Source: Candidatus Binataceae bacterium (GTDB lineage Bacteria; Desulfobacterota; Binatia; Binatales; Binataceae). From it: DNA of 34,197 nucleotides. A model generated the notes under the pieces. It had not been told where the DNA came from, searched no databases, and was given only the letters and a program-made list of their open reading frames with translations. The translations under genes and the position numbers were made by a program. Shown one piece after another: positions 8,505 through 16,580 of the stretch. Numbering within the stretch: position 1 is the stretch's first letter; every line of letters begins with the position of its first letter. The DNA lies in assembly GCA_035294805.1 (NCBI GenBank), contig DATGKG010000072.1, positions 1-34,197 of the forward strand, read 5' to 3'.

Positions 8505-10628
8505 CTACAAAGTCGTCCGCCTTCCTTTTTCCTTCTCCTGCATGGAGAGGGTGGCGGTACTGCGCTGGGTGAGGTCCGCAGACCTAACTTTTAGCCCCTT
8601 CACCTTCAGGGAAGGAGCACCAGAAACGGAATTATCGCTCGCGCTCTGAATCCCACTCGCCTCGAGGCGAAGTTTGATCGGCGTGCGCGGCAGCGCGGTT
8701 CCCGGCGCGGGTTCCTGCGATACGACATACCCTTGCCCGCTCACCTCGATATTCACGCCAAGACGGCGCGCGATGTCGAGCGCGTGACGTAGGCTCGCGC
8801 CGCGAAAATTCGGTGTCGCCTTACCGTCGAGCGCCGCATCGTAATCGACGCCGGGATCGATCGAAGCGAGCGGATCGATATTCTTTTTGTGCGGCGCCGC
8901 GATGATTTGATCGATCGAGAGCAAGCTCGCGGAATCGTAGTCGGGTTCTTTCGATGCGATATCGAGATCACGCAACGCTCCCGATGCGATCTCGCTGAAC
9001 ACGGGGGCGGCGACCAATCCGCCGAAATGCCCGTGGCCGACGTCGTACAGCACGACCAGGATCAGCAGCTTGGGATCATCGGCGGGCAGAAATCCGACGA
9101 ACGACGAGACATGGCGATTCTGAAAATATCCATGCGTGACCGGATTCACCATCTGCGCGGTGCCGGTTTTTCCTGCGACCGTAAATCCGTCGACCTGCGC
9201 CTTATGCGCGGTGCCGTCGTCGCCGTTCACCACGTTGCGCAGCAGCAGGTTCATCTGATGGGCGATCTCGGGCGGAATTGCGCGGCCCATCACCTGCGGC
9301 GCATGGGTCAGGAGCACGCGACCTTCGGCGTCGGAAACCGACTTCACGACGTAGGGACGAACGACGAGGCCGCCGTTCGCGATCGCGGAGTACGCCACGG
9401 CGAGTTGCATGGGAGTGACGGCGATCCCCTGTCCGAAGCCATGATTGGCCAGTTCAATTTCCTTCCACTTCGCGCCCTTGCTAAGAAGGCCGCTCGCTTC
9501 ACCCGGGAGATCGATGCCGGTCTTCGAGCCGAGACCAAATCCGCGCAGGCCATCATAGTAACGCTTCGAGCCGAGTCGCAGCGCGATTTTTGACGCGCCG
9601 ATATTCGATGACACTTCGATTATGCCGCCGAGGTCGAGCCATTGATGGCGGCTGTCATCGTGGATGGTGCGACCGTCGAGATGGAATACGCCGTTCTCGC
9701 AGAAAATTCGCTCGCTGGTCGTGATCGCATGATCGGTCAGCGCAATCGACGCGAGCAGACCTTTGATCGTCGAGCCGGGTTCGAACGCATCCTGCACCGC
9801 GGCATCGTGTAGGCGATCATGAACCGGATCGGGCTGCGCGCTCACGTTGGCAAGCGCGAGAACTTCGCCGCTCCATGGATCGAGCACGATCGCCGCGCCA
9901 TGCGCCGCGCCGCTGCTCTGAACTTCGGCGGCGAGTTCGTTCTCGGCGAGCGACTGGATGCGCCCGTCGATCGTCAGCTCGACTTGCGCGCCGGGCTTGG
10001 AGGATTTGATCTCGAGCGGGCTGTCCAGAATCGGATGGCCGAGCGCATCATGATAGAAGCTCAACTGCACCGGCGCTCCCCGAATCAGTTTGTCGTACTC
10101 GAGTTCCACTCCGGAGAGCCCCTGGCCATCCATACCCGCCGACCCCACCACCGCACCGGCCAGGTTGCTCTCCGGATAGAAACGTTTGTACTCGCTGAGC
10201 GCGCCGAGTCCATCGAGATTCATCGCCTCCACGATTGAGGCCTTCGCGGGATCCATCCGGCGGCGCAGCCAAATAAATGGTGACGGCTTGGAGAGCCGTC
10301 GCGCGAGGTCCGCATCGCTCACGTCCAAAGCCGCCGCGATTTTCGCGCGCTCGGACGAATTCAAATGGGCGAGCTTGGCCGGACGCGCATAGATCGAGCG
10401 CGTCTCCGCCGACAGCGCCATCGGCTCGCCATGACGGTCGACGATCGGCCCGCGGACCGCGGCGAGTTCGGTCTCCGCGTTGTGCTCCTCGCGCGCCATC
10501 GAGTTGAGCAGCGAGCCTTGCAGCACCACCAGAGCTACCAGCCGCATCACCGCGAGGCCGAACAGTCCTGCAAGCACGAAGGTCAATGCGCCGATACGCG
10601 AGCGCCGCTGTTTGAAGGATTGCGTCAC
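8505..10628 (-). CDS. ftsI: Peptidoglycan D,D-transpeptidase FtsI (class B PBP) with a C-terminal PASTA domain and an unusual 51-aa tail
   Basis: 707-aa ORF with an N-terminal membrane anchor. Transpeptidase motifs STIK (SxxK), SSN (SxN) and KTGT. PASTA-like segment PNFRGASLRHALDIARRLGVNIEVSGQGYVVSQEPAPGTALPRTPIKLRL at 8661..8822. GTGA overlap with ftsL at 10625..10628. Confidence 0.92.
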   Translation of the reverse strand: MTQSFKQRRSRIGALTFVLAGLFGLAVMRLVALVVLQGSLLNSMAREEHNAETELAAVRGPIVDRHGEPMALSAETRSIYARPAKLAHLNSSERAKIAAALDVSDADLARRLSKPSPFIWLRRRMDPAKASIVEAMNLDGLGALSEYKRFYPESNLAGAVVGSAGMDGQGLSGVELEYDKLIRGAPVQLSFYHDALGHPILDSPLEIKSSKPGAQVELTIDGRIQSLAENELAAEVQSSGAAHGAAIVLDPWSGEVLALANVSAQPDPVHDRLHDAAVQDAFEPGSTIKGLLASIALTDHAITTSERIFCENGVFHLDGRTIHDDSRHQWLDLGGIIEVSSNIGASKIALRLGSKRYYDGLRGFGLGSKTGIDLPGEASGLLSKGAKWKEIELANHGFGQGIAVTPMQLAVAYSAIANGGLVVRPYVVKSVSDAEGRVLLTHAPQVMGRAIPPEIAHQMNLLLRNVVNGDDGTAHKAQVDGFTVAGKTGTAQMVNPVTHGYFQNRHVSSFVGFLPADDPKLLILVVLYDVGHGHFGGLVAAPVFSEIASGALRDLDIASKEPDYDSASLLSIDQIIAAPHKKNIDPLASIDPGVDYDAALDGKATPNFRGASLRHALDIARRLGVNIEVSGQGYVVSQEPAPGTALPRTPIKLRLEASGIQSASDNSVSGAPSLKVKGLKVRSADLTQRSTATLSMQEKEKGRRTTL
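8565..8625. repeat. REP-like element, copy B (inverted relative to copy A), lying inside the 3' end of ftsI just upstream of murE
   Basis: GCAGACCTAACTTTTAGCCCCTTCACCTTCAGGGAAGGAGCACCAGAA matches the reverse complement of 6905..6960 at roughly three quarters of positions by eye. A second imperfect palindrome, CCTTCTCC TGCA TGGAGAGGG, lies at 8530..8550. Confidence 0.5.
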
Positions 10629-10918
10629 GGGACGATCACCACCTGCCCGTTGCGCGGCGGTTCGAGATGATACTTGGGCGCGAGCGCGCGGAGCCGATCG
10701 TGCGAGCTGAGCTGCGCGGCAGTTAGCCGCAGCCGGCGATTTTGATCCTCGAGTTTCGCGATATCCAACCGCACCGCGGAAACCCGATAGCCTTCCTGGG
10801 TGACCTCAAGCCGCATCAGCAGGGTCGCGAAGCCGACCACGATGATCGCGCAGACCAGCAGCGCTGGTATCAAACGCGAGCGTTTGTAGACCGGACTTTT
10901 TCGCTGCCGCGTGCCCAT
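10625..10918 (-). CDS. ftsL: Cell division protein FtsL
   Basis: 97-aa ORF between rsmH and ftsI. Basic N-terminus, one TM helix (LIPALLVCAIIVVGFATLLM), then a coiled-coil-like segment. Position and architecture are canonical for FtsL. Confidence 0.8.
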   Translation of the reverse strand: MGTRQRKSPVYKRSRLIPALLVCAIIVVGFATLLMRLEVTQEGYRVSAVRLDIAKLEDQNRRLRLTAAQLSSHDRLRALAPKYHLEPPRNGQVVIVP

Positions 10919-10930
10919 CGTGAGTTCCGT

Positions 10931-11851
10931 TTATGCCGGCCTCCGCTCGAGGCATCGTAGCCGCGCGCTGCGAGAGCGCGGATTTTGCGCGATCTCGCGA
11001 TTGGTCGGCTTGATCACTTTTTTCGTCAGATTGTTGTATTCGCCGCTGCGGCCGAGTTCGCGGAAGCGCTCCTTCACCATGCGATCTTCGAGCGAGTGAT
11101 ATGCAATGACAGCGAGACGGCCGCCGGGCGCGAGCATCGCGGGCGCATCGCGGAGAAATTTTTCGAGGCTTTCCAGCTCGTGATTCACCGCGATGCGAAG
11201 CGCCTGGAAAGTGCGCGTCGCCGGATGCACTCCGCCGCGGCGATGGGGTCCGATCGCGCGCTCGACCAGCGCACGCAACTCGCCGGTGGTCTCGATGCGC
11301 CGCTTACGCCGCGCCTCGACGATGGTTCGCGCGATACGACCGGGCATGCGTTCCTCGCCATACTCGCGAAACATGCGCGCGAGTTCAGCTTCGGTTTCTT
11401 CGTTCACGATGTCATAGGCGCGCAGCGTGGCGCGCTGATCCATCCGCATGTCGAGCGGGCCATCGAGGCGAAAACTGAAGCCGCGCGCGGGATCATCGAG
11501 CGCGAGACTGCTCATGCCGAGGTCGGCGAGGATTGCATCGGCACTGGCGAGGCCGGCCTCGCGCATCACCGAAGAAATATCGGCAAAGTTGGCCTGCACC
11601 AGCGTCACGCGATCGTCGAATTTCGCGAGAGCCTCGCGGGCGATCTCGATCGCGGCGGCATCCTGATCGATGCCGAACAACTTCGCGCGCGGCGAAGCTT
11701 CGAGCAGCCGGCTCGCATGTCCTGCGCCGCCCAAAGTTACATCGACGATTTGCGAGGGACTGAGAGCGGACAGGATCTCCTCCGCCTCCGCCGCCATCAC
11801 CGGCACATGCACCCTGTCCGCTCCGTCCTCACTCATCGCCGCGAAACTCAT
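10931..11851 (-). CDS. rsmH: 16S rRNA (cytosine1402-N4)-methyltransferase RsmH (MraW)
   Basis: 306-aa ORF. HVPVM...DVTLGGAGHA SAM-binding motif, DLGMSS and ISYHSLEDR-like (IAYHSLEDRMVK) motifs. Second gene of the dcw cluster. Confidence 0.93.
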   Translation of the reverse strand: MSFAAMSEDGADRVHVPVMAAEAEEILSALSPSQIVDVTLGGAGHASRLLEASPRAKLFGIDQDAAAIEIAREALAKFDDRVTLVQANFADISSVMREAGLASADAILADLGMSSLALDDPARGFSFRLDGPLDMRMDQRATLRAYDIVNEETEAELARMFREYGEERMPGRIARTIVEARRKRRIETTGELRALVERAIGPHRRGGVHPATRTFQALRIAVNHELESLEKFLRDAPAMLAPGGRLAVIAYHSLEDRMVKERFRELGRSGEYNNLTKKVIKPTNREIAQNPRSRSARLRCLERRPA

Positions 11852-11860
11852 TGGTCGATC

Positions 11861-12310
11861 CTACAAACCCAACTTCTGAAAAAAATCCGGGTCCGAAAAA
11901 CGTTGCTCGGTCGCCTTGAGGACTTCCTCGAGCGCGGCCTTATCCCAAAGCTGAAAATGATCGGTGAGCGCCGAGAACGTGACGTCGCCTTTGAGGGCCG
12001 CGAACTCGCGCAGCTTGGGCGGAACGAGAATCCGTCCTTGTTTGTCGACGAGGACCTCGTGCGCGCCGCCGATGTAGAAAAGCTCGAACGCCCGCACCTC
12101 GCGATCAAAGCGCGCGCGCTGGCGAATCTGATCCTGCAAGCGGCTCCATTCGTTGGGGGGATAGACTTCGAGGCAACGGTGTCCCTCGAAAATGAAGTTC
12201 GTGATATAGAGACGGTCATGACCATCGCGATCCAATTCCTCGCGAAAGCGGACGGGTATGCTGACGCGTCCCTTGTCATCGATCGCGTGGTCGTAGCGTC
12301 CACTGAACAC
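11861..12310 (-). CDS. mraZ: Transcriptional regulator MraZ
   Basis: 149-aa ORF starting MFSGRYDHAIDDKGRVSIPVRFRE (GTG start), with a second DxxGR-type half (VDKQGRILVPPKLRE). First gene of the dcw cluster. Confidence 0.92.
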   Translation of the reverse strand: MFSGRYDHAIDDKGRVSIPVRFREELDRDGHDRLYITNFIFEGHRCLEVYPPNEWSRLQDQIRQRARFDREVRAFELFYIGGAHEVLVDKQGRILVPPKLREFAALKGDVTFSALTDHFQLWDKAALEEVLKATEQRFSDPDFFQKLGL

Positions 12311-12337
12311 CGATTGCTTCCCCGAGACTCCCTAAGT

Positions 12338-12372
12338 CCCCACAATGTTCCACTTCATCCCACATGAGTCAA
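12338..12372 (-). promoter_or_regulatory. MraZ operator: three GTGGR boxes at 10-bp phasing, overlapping a putative mraZ promoter
   Basis: Minus strand reads TTGACT CAT GTGGG ATGAA GTGGA ACATT GTGGG GACTT. Box positions on the plus strand are 12338..12343, 12349..12353 and 12359..12363. -35 TTGACT at 12372..12367, 17-nt spacer, weak -10 AACATT at 12349..12344. Confidence 0.55.
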
Positions 12373-12653
12373 GGAGAACGGGGCGTTCAGCCTAAAAATG
12401 ATTTGCACTGGTGGCGAGTCAGTAGGCGAAAATAAGGCGAAAAGATGGCGATATCAATGATCCATTACTGAGTGCATTTCGCAAATCGCGGCTAATATCC
12501 AAAGTCACATCGAGTTAGTATTTCCGAAACCTTAGCTTGACACGACGGCCTCGCATTCGCGAAACTCGCGCCGTTATTCGCGCTCATCATCAGGAACTCA
12601 AACCGCCTTTTGATTTCGGGGCACCAGGTTCGTTTCGTACCGGAAGGAGAATT

Positions 12654-13475
12654 ATGACGGTCAGTACATGGCTGCGCAGTATGGCATTGGTCGGGGCGGC
12701 CGCGATGGTGGCGGTGGTGACTACCGCGCCTCCCGCATACTCGAAGCCGAAAAAGAAAAAAGAATCGCCCACTCCCACAGCGACGATGACCGCGACGGCG
12801 ACCGCGACGCCGGAGGCGAAGATCTGGAACTTCGATAGCGACAAGGCCGACGCCCTCCCCGACGCATGGCAGGATGTGGATGGCGCGGGATGGCAGGTGT
12901 TTACCGACTCGACCGCGCCCAGCCAGCCGAATGACTTCGGCTTGCCCGCCGGACGCATGGCGTCCTCGTTGATGCACGGCCTCGATTATCATGAGAAGGT
13001 CGTCATAAAGGATCCGACCGAGTATTCCGATTTCACCCTCGAGGCTGAGTTCAAGCCGATCAAGGGATACTTCGATTGTTCTGGCGGATTGATCCTTCGC
13101 TACAATAATCCCGAAAATTATTATGTGCTTCGCCTCGGATGCCCGAGCGACTACGTGCAGTTGCTGCGCGTCTATCAAGGCAAGCTCGATCAGTTGCAGC
13201 AGAAAGTCGTCGCGATCGATGCCGGCAATTGGTACAAAATCAAAGTCGAAGCTCAGGCCGATCACTTCATCGTATCCGACGACGGCAAGATGGTGTTCGA
13301 CGTCCAGGACAACAAGATCGCGAAAGGACGCGTCGGGCTAGAGTCGAGCAACGATTCGCAAGCGCGCTTCGACAACTTCACCCTGACGCTGCCGCTCCCG
13401 GGCGCCAGTAGTGGCGGCGAGACCGGTGGAGGCGCGCCGGCAGGCACGCCGCCACCTCCTCCGCCACCTCCGTGA
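12654..13475 (+). CDS. Secreted concanavalin/LamG-like (DUF1080-like) jelly-roll protein with a poly-proline C-terminus
   Basis: ATG at 12654 preceded by GGAAGGAGA. Signal peptide (WLRSMALVGAAAMVAVVTTAPPAYS), a K-rich and TA-repeat linker, then a domain with YSDFTLEAEFKP...GGLILRY...YYVLRL...WYKIKVEA...GRVGLES...ARFDNFTL. Ends in PPPPPPPP. The track ORF start at 12537 is an unsupported upstream extension. Confidence 0.65.
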   Translation: MTVSTWLRSMALVGAAAMVAVVTTAPPAYSKPKKKKESPTPTATMTATATATPEAKIWNFDSDKADALPDAWQDVDGAGWQVFTDSTAPSQPNDFGLPAGRMASSLMHGLDYHEKVVIKDPTEYSDFTLEAEFKPIKGYFDCSGGLILRYNNPENYYVLRLGCPSDYVQLLRVYQGKLDQLQQKVVAIDAGNWYKIKVEAQADHFIVSDDGKMVFDVQDNKIAKGRVGLESSNDSQARFDNFTLTLPLPGASSGGETGGGAPAGTPPPPPPPP

Positions 13476-13503
13476 TCGGGGCGTAAACGATTCGCCGTTC
13501 GGG

Positions 13504-13540
13504 GGGGCGCCGTCCTTGCGCAGGGGCGGCGCGCCCTTTA
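13504..13540 (+). terminator. Possible weak intrinsic terminator after the LamG-like gene
   Basis: GC-rich hairpin GGGGCGCCG (13504..13512) / CGGCGC(G)CCC (13527..13536) with a 1-nt bulge and a 14-nt loop, followed only by TTTA. Confidence 0.3.
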
Positions 13541-13554
13541 GTCTGAACCCCAAG

Positions 13555-13797
13555 ATGGAAGAAACTTCAGAACCAAAGCTGCCGCCACCGGAGGCCGAAT
13601 ATCTCGGAGTCCGCGGATACTTCATCGAACTACTCCACGGAATCGGCGAGATGGCTGGGCTCGGGTTGCTATGGAGCCTCGAGGCAGTTCGCAACGTCTT
13701 CTTCCGGGTCCTCGATCGCGTCAATGTCAAAGCGCGTCCACCTCGGCGCGTCAGCGCGTTTCCGCCCGGCAAACCGCGCAGCCGCAAAACCGCCTAG
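13555..13797 (+). CDS. Hypothetical small protein (80 aa), doubtful
   Basis: ATG-initiated sub-ORF of track ORF 13411..13797: MEETSEPKLPPPEAEYLGVRGYFIELLHGIGEMAGLGLLWSLEAVRNVFFRVL... Third-position G/C is about 70% by hand count, which is gene-like. It has one hydrophobic stretch, no visible RBS and no recognisable family. Confidence 0.3.
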   Translation: MEETSEPKLPPPEAEYLGVRGYFIELLHGIGEMAGLGLLWSLEAVRNVFFRVLDRVNVKARPPRRVSAFPPGKPRSRKTA

Positions 13798-13803
13798 CGT
13801 TTT

Positions 13804-14985
13804 TTAGATCGCGCCTTCCGCGCGAAGCCGCGCAATCCGTTCAGATGTGATCCCGATCGACGCGAGAACCTCCTCGGTATGCTCGCCGAGTTCCGGCGGG
13901 CGGCGCAGCGGCATCTCCTCGCGTGTAATGCCCGACAACTTCACCGGCGAGCCCGCGACCTTGATATCGCCGCGCGTTGGATAGGTGCTGTCGATGAGCG
14001 TGCCGCGCTGAGCGACCTCGGGGTCGGCTATCATCTCTTCGACCTCGCGCACCGGAGCGCATGGCACGCCGGCCTCGATGAGTATGCGAATGATGTCATC
14101 GCGACGTTGGGGCTTCGTCCACGCGGCAATCATCTCGTCGAGTTCGTCAGCGTGTTGCATCCGCGCGCCATGGTCTTTGTATTCGGGATTGGAAATCAGC
14201 TCTTCATGGCCCATCAGCTTCGTGAAGGTGCGCCAATGTGCCTCGGTGAGAATCATGATCAACGCTTCACCGTCGCTGGCCGGATAAATATTCGTCGGGC
14301 ATACGCCCCAATGCCGATTGCCGAGACGCTTGAACTTCCGCCCTTGCAGGACCGGCGCGAGGATGCTCGTGAGCGCTGGAATCGCAACATCGAGCATCGC
14401 GACTTCGACCTTCTGTCCCTTGCCGGTTTTGCCGCGATCAAGCAGCGCCGCGAGAATTCCGCTGGTCAGATGACTGCCGGTGCCCATGTCGATGAACGTC
14501 GCGGATGTCTTCACGCCGCGATCGGGAAATCCGGTGATGCTGATGAATCCCGACGAGGCCTGGATCGTGTTGTCCATCGAACCGAGCTTTGCGAAACGGC
14601 TTCCAGAGCCGTAGCCCTTGCCAGATGCATAGATGAGGCGCGGAAAGCGTTCGGCGATCTCATCGTAGCCGAGACCGAACGACTCCATCACGCCGTCGAG
14701 ATAATTCTCGACCAGCACGTCGGCATTTTCGAGCAGCTTCAAAACGATTTCGCGGGCGCTCGGATGCTTGAGGTTGAGCGTCACCGATTTCTTGTTCGCA
14801 TTGAGCATCAGGAAGGAGTAGTTCACGCCGCCGGGTAAATCGGGACGCCGCAGCATCTCGCCGGTTTTGGGCGGCTCGATCTTGATGATCTCCGCGCCCA
14901 TCGCGGCGAGTTGCAGCGTGCAATACGGCACCGCGTAAATTTGCCCGAAGTCGATGACGCGAATTCCATCCAGCGGCAGACTCAT
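13804..14985 (-). CDS. Family III CoA-transferase (CaiB/BaiF-like)
   Basis: 393 aa from MSLPLDGIRVIDFGQIYAVPYCTLQLAAMGAEIIKIEPP, the canonical N-terminus of the family. AAGGAA RBS before the ATG at 14985. The track ORF extends 23 codons further, to 15054. Confidence 0.88.
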   Translation of the reverse strand: MSLPLDGIRVIDFGQIYAVPYCTLQLAAMGAEIIKIEPPKTGEMLRRPDLPGGVNYSFLMLNANKKSVTLNLKHPSAREIVLKLLENADVLVENYLDGVMESFGLGYDEIAERFPRLIYASGKGYGSGSRFAKLGSMDNTIQASSGFISITGFPDRGVKTSATFIDMGTGSHLTSGILAALLDRGKTGKGQKVEVAMLDVAIPALTSILAPVLQGRKFKRLGNRHWGVCPTNIYPASDGEALIMILTEAHWRTFTKLMGHEELISNPEYKDHGARMQHADELDEMIAAWTKPQRRDDIIRILIEAGVPCAPVREVEEMIADPEVAQRGTLIDSTYPTRGDIKVAGSPVKLSGITREEMPLRRPPELGEHTEEVLASIGITSERIARLRAEGAI

Positions 14986-15086
14986 CGAATGTAGTTCCTT
15001 CTTGGCGCTGAGCAGCTTCCTGAGGCAGACTACTTCAGCCGTCGCGAGGTTCACAACGACAATCCAGAGTCCGAAAGGAGAGAGAG

Positions 15087-16121
15087 ATGCCGTCTGGCGC
15101 CGATTTGTCCGGCCGATTTGATGAAGCGTGGTTGGCTCAACATCACGAGGAGATCATCGAGCCGCAACTTCCGATCGTCGATCCGCACCATCATATGTGG
15201 AGTCGCGCCGGCAGCGTGTATCTCTTTCCCGAACTGATGGCGGATCTATCGAGCGGCCACAACATCCGCGCGACGGTGTTCGAGGAGTGCGGATCGATGT
15301 ATCGCGCGGACGGGCCGGCGGAACTTCGCTCGATCGGGGAGACCGAGTTCGTCACGGGCGTGTCCGCGATGAGCGCGAGCGGCGGCTTCGGACCCTCACG
15401 CGCATGCGCCGCTATGGTCGGCAATGTGAATCTGCTGTTGGGCGCACGCGTCGAGAGGATCCTCGCGACGCACGTTAGCGTCAGCGGCGGACGTTTTCGC
15501 GCGATTCGATTTTCCACCGCATGGGACGCCGATGAGCGCGTGCATAAAACCGTGCCGCGTCCGAAGCTCCTCGCGGAGCCAAACTTCCGAGAAGGTTACA
15601 GGTACCTCGCCAAATTCGGCCTCACCTTCGATGCTTGGGTTTATCATCCGCAGTTGAGCGAAGTGGCGGATTTGGCGTCGAGTTTTCCTCAGACGCCGAT
15701 AGTGCTGAACCATTTCGGCAGCCCGATCCTCGGCGGTCCCAACGCAGGCCGCACTGACGAGGTGTTTGCCGAATGGCGCGCCGGCATGACCGCACTCGCA
15801 TCGCATCCGAATGTGTTTGTGAAGCTTGGCGCGCTGCCGGTGCGGCGTCCGAAGACGGTAGGCCAGTCTGCAGCAGCGCCGCTTACATCTGAAGAGATCG
15901 CAGGAGCATGGCGGCCATACTTCGAAGTATGCGTCGAGAAATTCGGCGCAGGCCGATGCATGTTCGAGAGCAATTTCCCGGTGCAGAAGCGCTTTTGCAG
16001 CTACGCGGTCTTCTGGAACGCGTGCAAGCATCTGGCGCGCGGCGCCTCTGCCGCGGAAAAATCCGAACTCTTCGCCGGTACTGCGGCCCGAGCGTATCGG
16101 CTTGCGGCCGAATTAATTTGA
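15087..16121 (+). CDS. Amidohydrolase-2 family metal-dependent hydrolase (TIM barrel)
   Basis: 344-aa ORF. PIVDPHHHMW metal-binding motif near the N-terminus, VLNHFG and FESNFPV motifs typical of the amidohydrolase_2 family. AAAGGAGAGAGAG RBS. Confidence 0.82.
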   Translation: MPSGADLSGRFDEAWLAQHHEEIIEPQLPIVDPHHHMWSRAGSVYLFPELMADLSSGHNIRATVFEECGSMYRADGPAELRSIGETEFVTGVSAMSASGGFGPSRACAAMVGNVNLLLGARVERILATHVSVSGGRFRAIRFSTAWDADERVHKTVPRPKLLAEPNFREGYRYLAKFGLTFDAWVYHPQLSEVADLASSFPQTPIVLNHFGSPILGGPNAGRTDEVFAEWRAGMTALASHPNVFVKLGALPVRRPKTVGQSAAAPLTSEEIAGAWRPYFEVCVEKFGAGRCMFESNFPVQKRFCSYAVFWNACKHLARGASAAEKSELFAGTAARAYRLAAELI

Positions 16122-16556
16122 GGCCGCAGGTTCCGGCGGCGCGAACACCGTAATCGCGAACAGCTTCTCGTCTCCGGTGCGGAGCGTGTGCGGCGCGCCC
16201 GCCGGAATCGTGACGAAGTCGCCCGCCTTGATCTCGCATTCCTTGCCGGAGATGCGGCAGGTCGCTTTTCCTTCGATCACGTAGATGAGCTGATCGCCGC
16301 GATGCGAGTTCTCACGATCGCCGCCGAAGTTCGGTGGAACGGTAAACACGGCCGATTCGGTCTGCGGCGTTTTGCCGAGCCGCTTCTGGACCATCTTGCT
16401 TCCGTCGCCACGAATCGCGAAGACATTCGGCACCGCATCGTGCCCGTCCTTTCCGCCGATAAGTTCATCGAGCTGTTGAGCCAGAAATTCCTCGGAAATC
16501 ACTCCACTGCGATACGCCTTGAACAGTTGCTGCACTTCAAAATTCTTGTTTGCCAT
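16113..16556 (-). CDS. Cupin domain protein
   Basis: 147-aa ORF. Cupin motifs HRGDQLIYVIEGKA...GDFVTIPAGAPHTLR. GGAGAGAAAG RBS. Its 3' end overlaps the convergent amidohydrolase gene by 9 nt. Confidence 0.8.
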   Translation of the reverse strand: MANKNFEVQQLFKAYRSGVISEEFLAQQLDELIGGKDGHDAVPNVFAIRGDGSKMVQKRLGKTPQTESAVFTVPPNFGGDRENSHRGDQLIYVIEGKATCRISGKECEIKAGDFVTIPAGAPHTLRTGDEKLFAITVFAPPEPAASN

Positions 16557-16580
16557 CTTTCTCTCCTTTTCGTCGGTTGA

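Noticed and set aside
9778-9785. GGTTCGAA, a tRNA T-arm-like motif
   Set aside because: It lies inside the ftsI coding frame (EPGSTIK region). I could not fold the flanking sequence into acceptor or anticodon stems.
10985-12367. 460-aa ORF on the plus strand spanning rsmH and mraZ
   Set aside because: It is antisense to two well-supported dcw genes. The product is Arg/Ala/His-rich with no motifs. This is a typical shadow ORF of a GC-rich genome.
12537-12565. Perfect TTGACA upstream of the LamG-like gene as a -35 box
   Set aside because: No acceptable -10 hexamer follows at 16-19 nt spacing (CGAAAC), so I did not call it a promoter.
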